This document shows, one piece after another, positions 38,360 to 48,915 of a stretch of 56,685 nt of DNA. The stretch spans positions 1-56,685 of the forward strand of contig JAMWCF010000003.1 of NCBI GenBank assembly GCA_023818695.1, in the 5' to 3' direction. Source of the DNA: Candidatus Omnitrophota bacterium (GTDB lineage: Bacteria > Omnitrophota > Gorgyraeia > 1-14-0-20-64-10). The first letter of the stretch is position 1. Each line of letters begins with the position of its first letter. A program made the position numbers and the translations under genes. The notes beneath the pieces are model-generated. The model saw nothing but the letters and a program-made list of their open reading frames with translations. It did not search any database and was not told the DNA's origin.

Positions 38360-40624
38360 CTACGAATGACTTGATAAAGACGGCTCGACCCCGGTCAGCG
38401 GAAGCTTGGAAAGGTCCGCGAACCCGGCGGCCAACGACTGGTGAATCTCCCGCATCATTGCCAGACGGTTGCGCCTGACATTCTGGTCCTCATCCATCAC
38501 AAAAACAGTCTCGAAAAACTGGTGGATCTGGGGATACAGCGAACTGTACGTTTTGACGGCTTCCCTGTACCGACGCTGTTTGACCTGTTCCTTGAGAACC
38601 GGGGAGAGCTCCTCAAAAAGATCCCACAGCTGCTTCTCGATCGCCTCTTTGAAAGCATTGGGGTCGACCGATCCGAAGCCGTTTGTTCCCTTCACCGACT
38701 TGACGATCCGGCTGGTCCGCTCGGCCACCTTGGCCGCCTTGATCAACTCTTCCTTCCCTGAACGGTCCCCCCACAGCTCCCGCAGGACGTTCAGCCGCTC
38801 CCAGGCGCCGCTCAAATCATCGGCGTCCGATTCCAAAACCGCCTCGATCAGCTCCCGGCCGACCCCGTTTTGAGCGAAAGACCACCATTCGAACCTTTCG
38901 CGCAAGAAGGAGTGAAGGTCTTTCTTGAGGCCGGCCGCCTCGGCAGTCAGAATGGAGCCCCATGATTGTATCCCTTCGTCGAAGAGTCTGTCAATCGACA
39001 GACCCGCGAAGGAAACCCCTTTGGGCGGTTCAACCAGGATTCTCACCAGACCGATCGCCTGACGGCGAAGTCCGTACTGGTCGTAGGAGCCGGTCGGCTT
39101 CAGCCCGACGCCGAAGTAGCCGATGAGGGCGTCGAGGCGGTCGGCCAGACTCACCAGGGCGCCCGGCATCGTCGAAGGGACCGGATCTTTCGCCGTGCGC
39201 GGAGCGTAATGCTCCCTGATCGCCTTCACGACGGCGTCTGGCTCGGCGTCATGGGCCGCATAGCGGGAACCGATCAATCCCTGCAGTGTCGGAAATTCCC
39301 GGACCATCTGGGTCACTAGGTCGGCCTTGCACAACCGGGCGGCTCGAACCGCCGAATGGATGGCCTCCGGCGGAAGGTTGATCCCCTTGCCGATCACTCC
39401 GATCAAGCGCTCGATCCGGGGAATCCTCTGGCCGACGGTCCCCAGCTTTTCATGGAAAACAACGCTGTTCAGCTGGGAGACTTTGGCCTCCAATTCCGTC
39501 TTGGTGTCTTCCCTGTAGAAAAATCTCGCATCGGTGAACCGGGCCTCAATGATCCGCTCTACGTTGGCCATGACCACCGCGGGATTCGTGGGCTTGCCTT
39601 CCAGCACCGCGAGGAAATTCGGCAGGAGTTTTTCGCTGTTCTTTTCCCGGATGCTGAAAAGTTTCAAATGCTTCGCCATCGAGGTGGCCAGCACCTCCGC
39701 GGGAAGATCCAGATACTCCTTCAGAAAGGAGCCGGACTCCACCACCGGGTGCTCGGCAAGAAAGGTGACCGTGTTGAGCAGCCACTCGAATTCCTCTGTG
39801 TTCTGATCCTGTAAACGACCTTTCAGCGCCTGGGCTTTGGCGGTTAGCTGTTTCAACAAGTCCTTCCGTTTCTCCTTCCGCTTTGACCCGCGACTCTGAT
39901 CATAGGAAAAAGCGCTTCCTGGACCGGGAGGGCTCATAGTCACCCCTTCCTGGAAGGTGATGCCGGCTTTTTCCAACACCTCGAGATACGCGGAGGCGGA
40001 AGGGACGGAGATGGCTTTCGCACCGGAACGGCGGGTTCCCTGACTCACCCGCCCTGTTTGTATGAAACCGAACTTGGCCGGAACGACTTGAGGACCGTAA
40101 AGCGCCACAAGCCACCGAATCGGCCGTGCAAACCGAACGCCGGAGGAGTCCCATTTCATCGTTTTTGGGAAAGCTATACCGCCGATGATCGCCGGAATCG
40201 CTTGCGAAAGGACCTCTGTTACCGGCACGGAATACTCGGCGAAAACCCCCTTCCCCTTGGGTGTCTCCTTTAGGATGAGCTGGGAAACCTTGAGCCCGTG
40301 CCGCTGGGCGAATGCCTCCGCCGCGCGGGTCGGCTTGCCTTGGGCATCAAACGCCACCTGCTCCGGAGGTCCCTTCTCCTCTCGACGGACATCAGGAGCC
40401 ACCGCCTCCACCGTGAGGACCAGCCGGCGCGGCGTGCCGAAACACCGGATATTCCCCCTCTTGATCCCACACTCCGACAAGACCCGATTGGCCGAGAAGA
40501 CAAGGCCGGTCGGAGTCGGCGGATCGTCTAAACCCAGCGCAGTCGGCAGGTAGTCGGCCGGCAGTTCCTCGCAGCCAATCTCCAGCAGGAAATCTTGTGG
40601 TTTAGCTTCGCCTTTTTTCTTCAT
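38360..40624 (-). CDS. glyS: Glycine--tRNA ligase beta subunit
   Basis: [33 protein letters not shown]. Confidence 0.96.
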   Translation of the reverse strand: MKKKGEAKPQDFLLEIGCEELPADYLPTALGLDDPPTPTGLVFSANRVLSECGIKRGNIRCFGTPRRLVLTVEAVAPDVRREEKGPPEQVAFDAQGKPTRAAEAFAQRHGLKVSQLILKETPKGKGVFAEYSVPVTEVLSQAIPAIIGGIAFPKTMKWDSSGVRFARPIRWLVALYGPQVVPAKFGFIQTGRVSQGTRRSGAKAISVPSASAYLEVLEKAGITFQEGVTMSPPGPGSAFSYDQSRGSKRKEKRKDLLKQLTAKAQALKGRLQDQNTEEFEWLLNTVTFLAEHPVVESGSFLKEYLDLPAEVLATSMAKHLKLFSIREKNSEKLLPNFLAVLEGKPTNPAVVMANVERIIEARFTDARFFYREDTKTELEAKVSQLNSVVFHEKLGTVGQRIPRIERLIGVIGKGINLPPEAIHSAVRAARLCKADLVTQMVREFPTLQGLIGSRYAAHDAEPDAVVKAIREHYAPRTAKDPVPSTMPGALVSLADRLDALIGYFGVGLKPTGSYDQYGLRRQAIGLVRILVEPPKGVSFAGLSIDRLFDEGIQSWGSILTAEAAGLKKDLHSFLRERFEWWSFAQNGVGRELIEAVLESDADDLSGAWERLNVLRELWGDRSGKEELIKAAKVAERTSRIVKSVKGTNGFGSVDPNAFKEAIEKQLWDLFEELSPVLKEQVKQRRYREAVKTYSSLYPQIHQFFETVFVMDEDQNVRRNRLAMMREIHQSLAAGFADLSKLPLTGVEPSLSSHS

Positions 40625-41477
40625 CTTTTCCGATATACCGTTCGGCACAACGCTTGGCAAGGTTGCGCACCCCGGCGATCAGTGTGGGCCGCTCGTTGGC
40701 GCTGACCGCGCCCCGCGCATCCAACAGGTTGAAGGCGTGGGAGGTCTTCAACAGCTGCTCGTAAGCCGGCAGGAGGAGCCCCTCGTTCAAAAGCTTTTTC
40801 GACTGCGCGAACGCCTCCTCGAAATAGCGGCGCTGGAGCTGCGTGTCGGCATGCTCGAAATTGTAGGCCGACCCTTCGATCTCCTCCTTCTTGTGAAGGT
40901 CCCCATAGGTCAGGTCCTCGTTCCATTGGATGGCGTACAGGTCCAGCTTGCCCTGCAGGAACATGGCGATCCGCTCCAGGCCGTAGGTGATCTCCGCCGA
41001 CACATGCTCCAAATCGATGCCGCCGACCTGCTGGAAGTAGGTGAACTGGGTCACCTCCAGCCCGTCCAGCCAGACTTCCCATCCCAGCCCCCAGGCACCG
41101 AGGGTTGGGGATTCCCAGTCGTCCTGCACGAAGCGCAGGTCGTGCGCCTTCAGGTCGATTCCCAAGGTTCGGAGAGAATTCAGGTAAAGATCCAGGACAT
41201 CGCCGGGGGATGGCTTGAGTATCACCTGGTACTGGTAATACCGCTGGGCCCGCAGGGGATTCTGGGCGTAGCGGCCGTCGGTGGGGCGGCGGGAGGGCTG
41301 GACAAAGGCCACCTTCCACGGTTCCGGCCCCAGCGCCTTGAAAAAGGTGAATGGATGGAAGGTGCCGGCCCCCATCTCCATGTCGTACGGCTGGGCGATC
41401 ACGCATCCCTGGCCGGCCCAGAACTTCTCCAGCCGCATGATCAGCTCCTGGAAGGTCGCTACTTTTTTTGTTTTCAT
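40602..41477 (-). CDS. glyQ: Glycine--tRNA ligase alpha subunit
   Basis: [31 protein letters not shown]. Confidence 0.98.
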   Translation of the reverse strand: MKTKKVATFQELIMRLEKFWAGQGCVIAQPYDMEMGAGTFHPFTFFKALGPEPWKVAFVQPSRRPTDGRYAQNPLRAQRYYQYQVILKPSPGDVLDLYLNSLRTLGIDLKAHDLRFVQDDWESPTLGAWGLGWEVWLDGLEVTQFTYFQQVGGIDLEHVSAEITYGLERIAMFLQGKLDLYAIQWNEDLTYGDLHKKEEIEGSAYNFEHADTQLQRRYFEEAFAQSKKLLNEGLLLPAYEQLLKTSHAFNLLDARGAVSANERPTLIAGVRNLAKRCAERYIGKDEEKRRS

Positions 41478-42163
41478 GAGAAATGGGGTTCGGCGGCCCA
41501 TTTGGCCTCCACGATCCCTTCCACCCCGACCGACGCCAGAAAAGCGCGGGCTTTCAGATTCCTCTCGGCGGTGTTCCGGAAGATCCCCTGGAAAAGACCC
41601 CGCAGTTCCTCCTCCACCTCCCTTCCCAGCACAAGACGCCGAAGCCGGTCAGGGGAGGTCTGGAAGATCTGCGCCAGCGAGGCCCTGGCGCCAGCCGAGA
41701 CAGGCAGAGTGTCTGTATCCGGCAGAATGCCGGTCATCCTTAAGAGATGGGCCTCAAAATACCGGGCCATCGAGCGGGGATCGGCCGGCGAGCCGAGCGC
41801 GGTCAGGGTCTGCCGCAGAAGATCGAAAATCTCCGGATGCGGGTCGCCGGTCTCGGTCATGACGTCAGTGAGGTCGAGGCATAGGCCGGCGTAGGCGGTC
41901 CGGGTGAAATCCCTCCGGATGGAATCAAACCCGTCGAGCAGGTCAAAACCGCTGATGAGCGACATCGTGGAGCGCCGGCGTTCGTAAACGACCAGTGACT
42001 GCAGGGTCAGCGGCTCCAGGTACCAGGGGACGGCGGCTCTCGCCCCGCGCACCCCCTTGACCAGCCCGTGGATCTTCCCCATGTCCCGGGTAAAAACGAT
42101 CAGGATCAAGCTCGTTTCCCGGATCTCCTGGCGCCTCAAGACGATCCCTTCTGTCTTCTGCAT
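41474..42163 (-). CDS. recO: DNA repair protein RecO
   Basis: EGIVLR...ETSLI..FTRD.GKI...KG.R OB fold; position before glyQ. Confidence 0.9.
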   Translation of the reverse strand: MQKTEGIVLRRQEIRETSLILIVFTRDMGKIHGLVKGVRGARAAVPWYLEPLTLQSLVVYERRRSTMSLISGFDLLDGFDSIRRDFTRTAYAGLCLDLTDVMTETGDPHPEIFDLLRQTLTALGSPADPRSMARYFEAHLLRMTGILPDTDTLPVSAGARASLAQIFQTSPDRLRRLVLGREVEEELRGLFQGIFRNTAERNLKARAFLASVGVEGIVEAKWAAEPHFS

Positions 42164-42166
42164 CTT

Positions 42167-42802
42167 TCAACCGTTTCTCGAAATTTTGCCGACCTCGGGA
42201 CCTACCACCCCGCCGGAGATCACCAGCTTCATCGCGTCCTCGACCGACATCTCCAGGTTGATCACCGTGGACCTGTCGGCCAGAAACAGAAAGCCGGTGG
42301 TCGGGTTGGGGGTCGTGGGGACAAAAACGTTGATGACATATTCCGGCGTCTTCTCCTGAACCTCCCCTTTCCCCTCGGAGGTGACGAACCCGATCACGTA
42401 CTGGCCCTTGACAGGCCATTCCAACAGGACGGCCCGGTTGAAAACTCCTTTCTTCTGGCCCTTGAAGGCGTCGGCGATGCCCTTCATGGTGTTATAGATT
42501 TTCCCAACGATGGGGACCCGCCGGACCAAATTCTCCCCCATCACAAAGAACCGCTGGATCAGCAGGATCCGAGTGCCGAAACCGATCAGGGCGATGGCCA
42601 GAAAGAAACCGATGACGATGGCAGCTTTCGCCAGCACAGTAGACAACCCGGGTGTTACAAAAGGGGCCAGAAGACCGTCAAAAGGACCGATGATAAGACC
42701 GTGGAACCAGGAAAATATAATCCTCAAAATCGTGTAGGTGAGGAAGGCCGGGAGGATCACCAGCAGCCCCGTGATAAAGTTCCTGCTGAAAACCCGCATC
42801 AT
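42167..42802 (-). CDS. DUF502 family membrane protein
   Basis: FITGLL, RVPIVGKIY, VFVPTTPNPTTGFL, AMKLVISGG. Confidence 0.9.
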   Translation of the reverse strand: MMRVFSRNFITGLLVILPAFLTYTILRIIFSWFHGLIIGPFDGLLAPFVTPGLSTVLAKAAIVIGFFLAIALIGFGTRILLIQRFFVMGENLVRRVPIVGKIYNTMKGIADAFKGQKKGVFNRAVLLEWPVKGQYVIGFVTSEGKGEVQEKTPEYVINVFVPTTPNPTTGFLFLADRSTVINLEMSVEDAMKLVISGGVVGPEVGKISRNG

Positions 42803-43269
42803 AGCAAAAGGGTCTCCGCGATGCTCATCAGCCGCCGCCCGAACAGAAAGATCCCGACCGCCACCGATCCCGCCACCGCCAGGAGGACTCCTCCGGCCGC
42901 CACATCCTTGGCCATCTTGGCGACCGGATGGTTCCTGGCCTCCAGAAGGTTCAGGGTCAACTCAATGGCGGTGTTCAGCATCTCTCCCAGGATAACAAGG
43001 GAGATCGTTAAAATCAGCAGGATCACCTCCAACCGGGTCAGCTTAAGCACCCACGCCAAAGAGAGGGCGGCGCACCCGGCCAAGCAATGGACCCGTAAGT
43101 TCCTCTGGGAGCGCAGGGCAAACAGAAAACCCCGGATGGCGTGACCGAAACTGACCCCTATCCCCCCCAGCTGTTCCGCCAGATCGGCGCTGAAAGTCCT
43201 GGGCGGCGGAGGCCCTGTTTTGGCGCCGCCGGTTTCCGAAGAATCTTCCTTCCGCTCGAAAGGTTTCAT
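42799..43269 (-). CDS. dgkA: Diacylglycerol/undecaprenol kinase family
   Basis: SF.HAIRG, QRNLRVH, EMLNTAIE, AKDVAAGGV. Confidence 0.92.
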   Translation of the reverse strand: MKPFERKEDSSETGGAKTGPPPPRTFSADLAEQLGGIGVSFGHAIRGFLFALRSQRNLRVHCLAGCAALSLAWVLKLTRLEVILLILTISLVILGEMLNTAIELTLNLLEARNHPVAKMAKDVAAGGVLLAVAGSVAVGIFLFGRRLMSIAETLLL

Positions 43270-43733
43270 TCGTCTGCGATGAGCCCCGTCAGTTCGCGCG
43301 CCTTCCGCTCCATCCTGACCCGGTCCCGACGGCGCACGTGATCATAACCGATCAGGTGCAAAAACCCGTGAACCAGGTAGCGGATGATTTCCCCCATCGG
43401 ATTGCCCGGGCGGCGGCGAGCCGCCGTTTCCACGGAGATCACCACGTCCCCCAGCAGTTCGGGGGGAGCGCCGTCGGACGCCTGCTTTCGCCGGCACCGC
43501 GGGCCGCCCCTTGTCCATTCCATCTGCGAAAAAGAGAGCACGTCGGTCGGTTCCACCTCTCCCATCCATTGTCCATGGATCCACGCCATCTGTCTGTCAT
43601 CCACCAGGAGGATGGACAGCCACGCTCGCGGCCGACCGATCCCTTTCAACAGTTTTCGGGCTGCTCTTTCAAGCCGGCGGCGGTCAACGGCAACCCGTTT
43701 CTGGCTGTTGCGCAACTCCACACCCATCGTCAC
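43266..43733 (-). CDS. ybeY: rRNA maturation endoribonuclease YbeY
   Basis: PTDVLSF, LGDVVIS, HGFLHLIGYDH. Confidence 0.95.
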   Translation of the reverse strand: MTMGVELRNSQKRVAVDRRRLERAARKLLKGIGRPRAWLSILLVDDRQMAWIHGQWMGEVEPTDVLSFSQMEWTRGGPRCRRKQASDGAPPELLGDVVISVETAARRRPGNPMGEIIRYLVHGFLHLIGYDHVRRRDRVRMERKARELTGLIADE

Positions 43734-44692
43734 GTCTCTTTCTTCTTTTCCCCGTTCCTATCGTAGGCCTGGATGATCCGTTGGACCAGCTCATGCCGCA
43801 CCACATCCACTCCCGAAAACTCGATGAACCGGATACCGGGAATCTCCTTAAGGATGTCGCGGGCTTGCACAAGGCCGGAGACCTTGCCCTGCGGCAGATC
43901 CGACTGGGTGACGTCACCGGTGATAACCGCCTTGGAATCGAACCCCAGGCGGGTCAAAAACATCTTCATCTGCTCCTGGGTGCAATTCTGGGCCTCATCC
44001 AAGATGACGAAGGAGTCGTTGAGCGTCCGGCCGCGCATATAGGCCAGCGGAGCGATCTCGATGATCCCCCGTTCGATGGACCGCTGGATCCGGTCTACAT
44101 CCATCATGTCGTAGAGGGCGTCGTACAGGGGCCTCAAGTACGGAGAGACTTTTTCCTCATAGGTCCCCGGCAGGTAGCCGAGCGATTCCCCCGCCTCTAC
44201 CGCCGGCCGGGTGAGAATGATCCGGGAAACCACCTGGTTCTTCAGCGCGTTGACCGCCATCGCCATCGCCAGGTACGTCTTACCGGTGCCGGCCGGACCG
44301 ATGGCGAAGACAATGTCATGGCGGCGGATGGCGTCGACGTACTCCTTCTGGCCGACCGTCCTCGGAGAGATGAACTGCTTCTTGGAGAGGACCTCAATCT
44401 TCTCCTGGAACACCTTGTTGAGATCGACGCCGCTGTCGGATTCCATGGCCCGGATGGCGTAAACGATGTCGTGGCGCCTCAAGTACTGGCCGCCCCGAAT
44501 CGTCGCCAGGAGCTGTTCGACCAGCCGGCTGACCTTCTGAACGGACCCTTCATGGCCGGAGATGGTCAGCTCCTGCCCTCTGGCCTTGATCTTGACGCCG
44601 AAATCGGCTTCGATCAGCCGCAGATGCTCGTCGTGCAGGCCGTAGAGGGTGGAGGCCTCATGGTCGGAGAGCAGGTTGAAAGTTTTCTCCAT
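43730..44692 (-). CDS. phoH: PhoH-family ATPase
   Basis: GPAGTGKT, LRPLYDAL, RGRT, DEAQN, RHELV. Confidence 0.95.
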   Translation of the reverse strand: MEKTFNLLSDHEASTLYGLHDEHLRLIEADFGVKIKARGQELTISGHEGSVQKVSRLVEQLLATIRGGQYLRRHDIVYAIRAMESDSGVDLNKVFQEKIEVLSKKQFISPRTVGQKEYVDAIRRHDIVFAIGPAGTGKTYLAMAMAVNALKNQVVSRIILTRPAVEAGESLGYLPGTYEEKVSPYLRPLYDALYDMMDVDRIQRSIERGIIEIAPLAYMRGRTLNDSFVILDEAQNCTQEQMKMFLTRLGFDSKAVITGDVTQSDLPQGKVSGLVQARDILKEIPGIRFIEFSGVDVVRHELVQRIIQAYDRNGEKKKET

Positions 44693-44707
44693 GAGGGCCG
44701 GCGTTTC

Positions 44708-45310
44708 TTACTTCCACTCGCTTTGCGACGCCGCTTTCTTCTGCGCCTGCGAGCCGGCGGGAATCACCAGCTTCTGTCCCGGAAAGATTTTGTTCGGGCT
44801 TTTGAGGGTGTCCCGGTTCGCCTCGTAGATCGGCCGCCAGCGGGACCCGTCCCCGTAAAACCGCGCCGCGATCTTTTCCAGGGTGTCCCCCTTCTTCACG
44901 GTGTAAATGGTCCCCGACTTCTGCGAGGAAGCGGGGGCCGGAACGGCCGCGACCGACTCCACCGGTTCATCCCAGCTCTTTATGGTGCCGGAAGCGCTCG
45001 GCTCCTGCTGCGGGACAACCGGCTGCCGGACCGCCGCCTGCGGCGACTGGTGAACCGTTTTCTGGCCCTTCTGGACTTTCCAGGGAGTCAGCTCCTTCGC
45101 CGTCGCCATTTCGATGTCGGCCTGGAAAATCTGCCGCGTCGTTTTCCTCTCCCCCGACTGGGGAGCGGAGCCGACCAGGAACCCTCGATTGCCCGACGCC
45201 AGTTCCTGATCGACCCTCGGTTTCTCCACCACCTGGGTCGACACCCTGGCGCAACCGGTTATCGCAAACCCAACCACCGCCGCCATCAATCCTGTCGACA
45301 ACTGTTTCAT
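44708..45310 (-). CDS. LysM-domain lipoprotein
   Basis: Lipobox ITGC; YTVKKGDTLEKIAARFYG...IFPGQKLVIP. Confidence 0.92.
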   Translation of the reverse strand: MKQLSTGLMAAVVGFAITGCARVSTQVVEKPRVDQELASGNRGFLVGSAPQSGERKTTRQIFQADIEMATAKELTPWKVQKGQKTVHQSPQAAVRQPVVPQQEPSASGTIKSWDEPVESVAAVPAPASSQKSGTIYTVKKGDTLEKIAARFYGDGSRWRPIYEANRDTLKSPNKIFPGQKLVIPAGSQAQKKAASQSEWK

Positions 45311-45360
45311 CCTTTTCTCCTTTTCACCTGCTTAGTCACTACTCCATTCATAATAAGCCG

Positions 45361-47142
45361 TCAGGGTCGCGGAACGCTGCTGATCATTTTCCGCACGCTG
45401 ATTCCGACCTCTTTGAGCTGATCCTCTCGAACATCGGAGGGGGCCTGCGTCATCAGGTCCACTCCTTTCTGCGTTTTCGGGAAGGCGATCACTTCACGGA
45501 TGGATGGGGCATCGGTCATCAGGGTGATCAAACGGTCGATGCCCGGGGCGATGCCGCCGTGGGGAGGAGCGCCGTACTGGAAGGCCTCCAGCAGAAACCC
45601 GAAACGCTCCTGCACCTCTCTGGGCTCGAGCCCCAGCACGCGGAAGATCGCCTCCTGCACGTTCCTTTCATGAATCCTGATGGAACCGGAGCCCAGCTCC
45701 ACGCCGTTGACCACCAGGTCGTAGGAACGGGAGCGGACCTTCTGCGGTTCCTTCTCGAGCAGGGGGATATCCTCCTGTCGGGGAGCGGTGAACGGATGGT
45801 GCTCCGACTGCCAGCGCTTCAGCTCCGGATCCCATTGGAACAGGGGGAAATCGGTCAGCCAGACAAACCGGAACTCCCCTTTCGGGATCAATTCCATCAG
45901 CCGGGCGCTGTGCTCCCGCAGGCCGCTCAAAACGCGGGCTGTAATCGCTGGCTGGTCAGCCACCATCAGGATCAGGTCGCCGGGCCGGGCCTTGGCCTGT
46001 CCCACCGCCCGCTGAAGGGTCTCCTCCCCCAGGTGTTTGGCAACCGGGCAGATCCATTCCTTCTCCGTCAACCGGATCGTCACTAGTCCCTGCGCCCCCA
46101 GATGCTTGGCCGCCTCCGTGAAACCGTCGATCACCTTGCCACTCAAGCGGGTCGCCTCCGGAACCACCACGCACTTGACCACCCCCCCTTTGGCCACCAC
46201 CTCCCGGAAACGCTGGAACGAGGTCTCGGCGAAAAGCGGGGTCAGGTCGATCAGCTCCATCCCGTAACGCAGGTCCGGCTTGTCGGTGCCGAACCGCCGC
46301 ATCGACTCTTCGTAGGTCAGCCGCGGAAACGGGACAGGCAGATCCCGGTGGAGGACCTCTTTCCAGACGTCGGAAAACAACTTCTCCATCAGGGAAAAGA
46401 TCATCTCCTCGTTCACGAACGACATCTCCAGGTCCAACTGTGTGAACTCCGGCTGGCGGTCGGCCCGCAGATCTTCATCCCGGAAACACCGGGCGATCTG
46501 GTAATACCTCTCGAAACCGGCCACCATCAGGATCTGCTTGAACAGCTGGGGGGACTGCGGCAGGGCGTAAAATTTGCCGGGGTTCAACCGGCTGGGAACC
46601 AGGTAATCCCGGGCCCCTTCCGGCGTCGACTTGGTTAAAACCGGCGTCTCCACCTCGATGAAACGCTCATCCTCCAGAACCCGCCGCATCACCCGCAGGA
46701 CCTCATGGCGCAGGACCAGCCGCTGAAGGTTCGACTGCCGCCGCAGATCCAGATACCGGTACTGGTAGCGCAGTTCCTCGTTGAGCTCCGTCTCCTCGGC
46801 GATCTCAAACGGAGGGGTCAAACTCGGGTTGAAGATCTCCAGGCGGTTGGCGATCAGTTCGATCATCCCGGTGGCGATTTTCGGGTTCTCGGTGCCGGCC
46901 GGCCGCTTCGCTACCGTCCCCTTCACGGCCACGCAGTACTCGGACCGGAGATCCTTCGCCTTGGTGTGCGTGTCGGTTCCCTGGGCCGGATTGAAAACCA
47001 CTTGGGTGATCCCCCAGCGGTCCCGCAGATCGATAAAGATCAGCCCGCCGTGGTCCCGCCGGCGGTGGACCCAGCCGTTGAGGACCGCTTCCTGGCCGAT
47101 CGCTTTTTCCGTCAGTTCCCCGCAGGTGCGCGTGCGAATCAT
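45361..47142 (-). CDS. aspS: Aspartate--tRNA ligase, likely non-discriminating (Asp/Asn)
   Basis: RDHGG (His typical of non-discriminating enzymes), STPEGARD, FRDEDLR, PPHGG. Confidence 0.97.
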   Translation of the reverse strand: MIRTRTCGELTEKAIGQEAVLNGWVHRRRDHGGLIFIDLRDRWGITQVVFNPAQGTDTHTKAKDLRSEYCVAVKGTVAKRPAGTENPKIATGMIELIANRLEIFNPSLTPPFEIAEETELNEELRYQYRYLDLRRQSNLQRLVLRHEVLRVMRRVLEDERFIEVETPVLTKSTPEGARDYLVPSRLNPGKFYALPQSPQLFKQILMVAGFERYYQIARCFRDEDLRADRQPEFTQLDLEMSFVNEEMIFSLMEKLFSDVWKEVLHRDLPVPFPRLTYEESMRRFGTDKPDLRYGMELIDLTPLFAETSFQRFREVVAKGGVVKCVVVPEATRLSGKVIDGFTEAAKHLGAQGLVTIRLTEKEWICPVAKHLGEETLQRAVGQAKARPGDLILMVADQPAITARVLSGLREHSARLMELIPKGEFRFVWLTDFPLFQWDPELKRWQSEHHPFTAPRQEDIPLLEKEPQKVRSRSYDLVVNGVELGSGSIRIHERNVQEAIFRVLGLEPREVQERFGFLLEAFQYGAPPHGGIAPGIDRLITLMTDAPSIREVIAFPKTQKGVDLMTQAPSDVREDQLKEVGISVRKMISSVPRP

Positions 47143-48416
47143 GACCGGTTCAGCCGTTTCTGCAAGACGTTGAGCCACATCTTCTCCGGGATCTCCTCTT
47201 GAGAGCGGCTTGCCATGTTCTTCACCACAAAAACCCCTTTCTCTCGCTCCATCTCACCCCGAATCACTACCCATTGGAAACCCCACTTGTCCGCCTGTTC
47301 CAGCTGGCGCTTCAAGGGCCTCTCTTCCAGATTCGCCACCGCGGGAATCCCCTTCTCCCGCAAAAGCTCCACCCACTGCAGCCCGTCCGTGATATCGGAG
47401 CCGGCGGTCGAAACAAAAACCGCGGCGGCCCGGTCCGCGACGGCCCCCTGTGCCGCGCCGGAAGAGGTCTCCTGCGCCATCAGCACCCTCTCCAGTCCGA
47501 CGGCGAAACCGACCGCCGGAACAGGGGATCCCCCCATCAGCTCCACCAGGTCGTCGTACCGGCCCCCGCCGCCCAGCGCATTTTGGGCCCCCAGGCCGCC
47601 GTGGATCACCTCGAAGGCGGTCCGGGTGTAGTAGTCCAGACCGCGCACCATGTGCGGATCCTTCTCAAAGGGAATCTTCAGGCGGCCGAGGGTCCGGCTC
47701 ACCTTCTCGAAATGGTCCCGGCACGCGCCGCAGACAGCCGTCGACACGTCGATCCCGAAGCTCAACTCCTGGCACCGGGACTCCTTGCAGTCCAGAATCC
47801 GAAGCGGATTCTTTTCGAAGCGGACTTGGCAATCCTCGCACAGCTTCTGCCGGTGCGGGCTCAATTTCGCGCGGACCTGCTCGATGATCGCCTCCCGGTC
47901 CTGCCGGCACCCCAAAGAATTCAGCTTTAGAACCCACCCCCGGACGTCCCACCCCTTCAGGAGCCGGACCAGCAAAAGCAGAACTTCCGCGTCCTGATAG
48001 GGGCTGGCCGACCCGAAAACCTCCACCCCCAGTTGGTGAAACTGGCGGCGCCGGCCGGCCTGCGGCCTTTCCGCCCGAAACATCGGACCCATGTAATAGA
48101 AACGGGTCAACCCTCCGCTCTTGTCGAGCCCATGCTCGATGAAAGCCCGAACCACCGACGCGGTCCCCTCGGGCCGCAAGGCAACTTTCCTGCCGCCCCG
48201 GTCCTCAAACAGATACATCTGTTTGGTGACAATCTCCGCGGCCTCCCCGAGGGAACTGGTAAAGACGGCCGATTCTTCAAAGAGGGGGGTCCGGATCTCT
48301 CTGAACCCATGAAGTTTAAGAACCCGGCGGGCCGTCTCTTCCATTTTCTGCCACCGGTCGGCCTCATCCGGAAGAATATCACTGGTTCCACCCAGCGCTT
48401 TTAGCGGAGACATCAA
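47139..48416 (-). CDS. hisS: Histidine--tRNA ligase
   Basis: LRPEGTA, FRAERPQ.GR, VRGLDYY, GGGRYD. Confidence 0.98.
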   Translation of the reverse strand: MMSPLKALGGTSDILPDEADRWQKMEETARRVLKLHGFREIRTPLFEESAVFTSSLGEAAEIVTKQMYLFEDRGGRKVALRPEGTASVVRAFIEHGLDKSGGLTRFYYMGPMFRAERPQAGRRRQFHQLGVEVFGSASPYQDAEVLLLLVRLLKGWDVRGWVLKLNSLGCRQDREAIIEQVRAKLSPHRQKLCEDCQVRFEKNPLRILDCKESRCQELSFGIDVSTAVCGACRDHFEKVSRTLGRLKIPFEKDPHMVRGLDYYTRTAFEVIHGGLGAQNALGGGGRYDDLVELMGGSPVPAVGFAVGLERVLMAQETSSGAAQGAVADRAAAVFVSTAGSDITDGLQWVELLREKGIPAVANLEERPLKRQLEQADKWGFQWVVIRGEMEREKGVFVVKNMASRSQEEIPEKMWLNVLQKRLNRS

Positions 48417-48549
48417 TCGAGAAGAGTCTGTCTGTTTAACTCGTGAAAGGTGAAAACAACTCGCTTGTTGACAGGTGAACCGGCCGACCTCAAAAGCGGG
48501 GTTATCCTCTTGTCAGCCCTTCACTTATCAACGCAGCCGAATCGCGCGA

Positions 48550-48822
48550 TCAGCGGACATCCCGCTTCATCAGGAGCCCCGGCTTGAAGACCACCACTTT
48601 TTTCGGCGGAACCGGAACCTTCTCTCCCGTGCGGGGATTTCGGCCTGTGCGGCCTTTGCGCGCTTTGACCTTGAAGATCCCGAAATTGCGCAGTTCGACG
48701 GTCTCTCCTTTGGCCAAAGCGTCCACAACCGTTTCTAAACTCTTTTGCACGACATGTTTTACATCAAGTTGCTTTAAGCCGGTTTCGGCGGCTACCTTCA
48801 AGACGATATCCTTCTTCGTCAT
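48550..48822 (-). CDS. HU/IHF-family nucleoid protein
   Basis: MTKKD, FGIF, GRNPRTGE, FKPG. Confidence 0.96.
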   Translation of the reverse strand: MTKKDIVLKVAAETGLKQLDVKHVVQKSLETVVDALAKGETVELRNFGIFKVKARKGRTGRNPRTGEKVPVPPKKVVVFKPGLLMKRDVR

Positions 48823-48915
48823 GTTGAAAAACCTCCTTGCATGATCGGCGCAACTCCGCCTGCTGCAAACTTCCTTATCGTAACACTTGGCAGGAACAAA
48901 TGATACGAGAATTTT

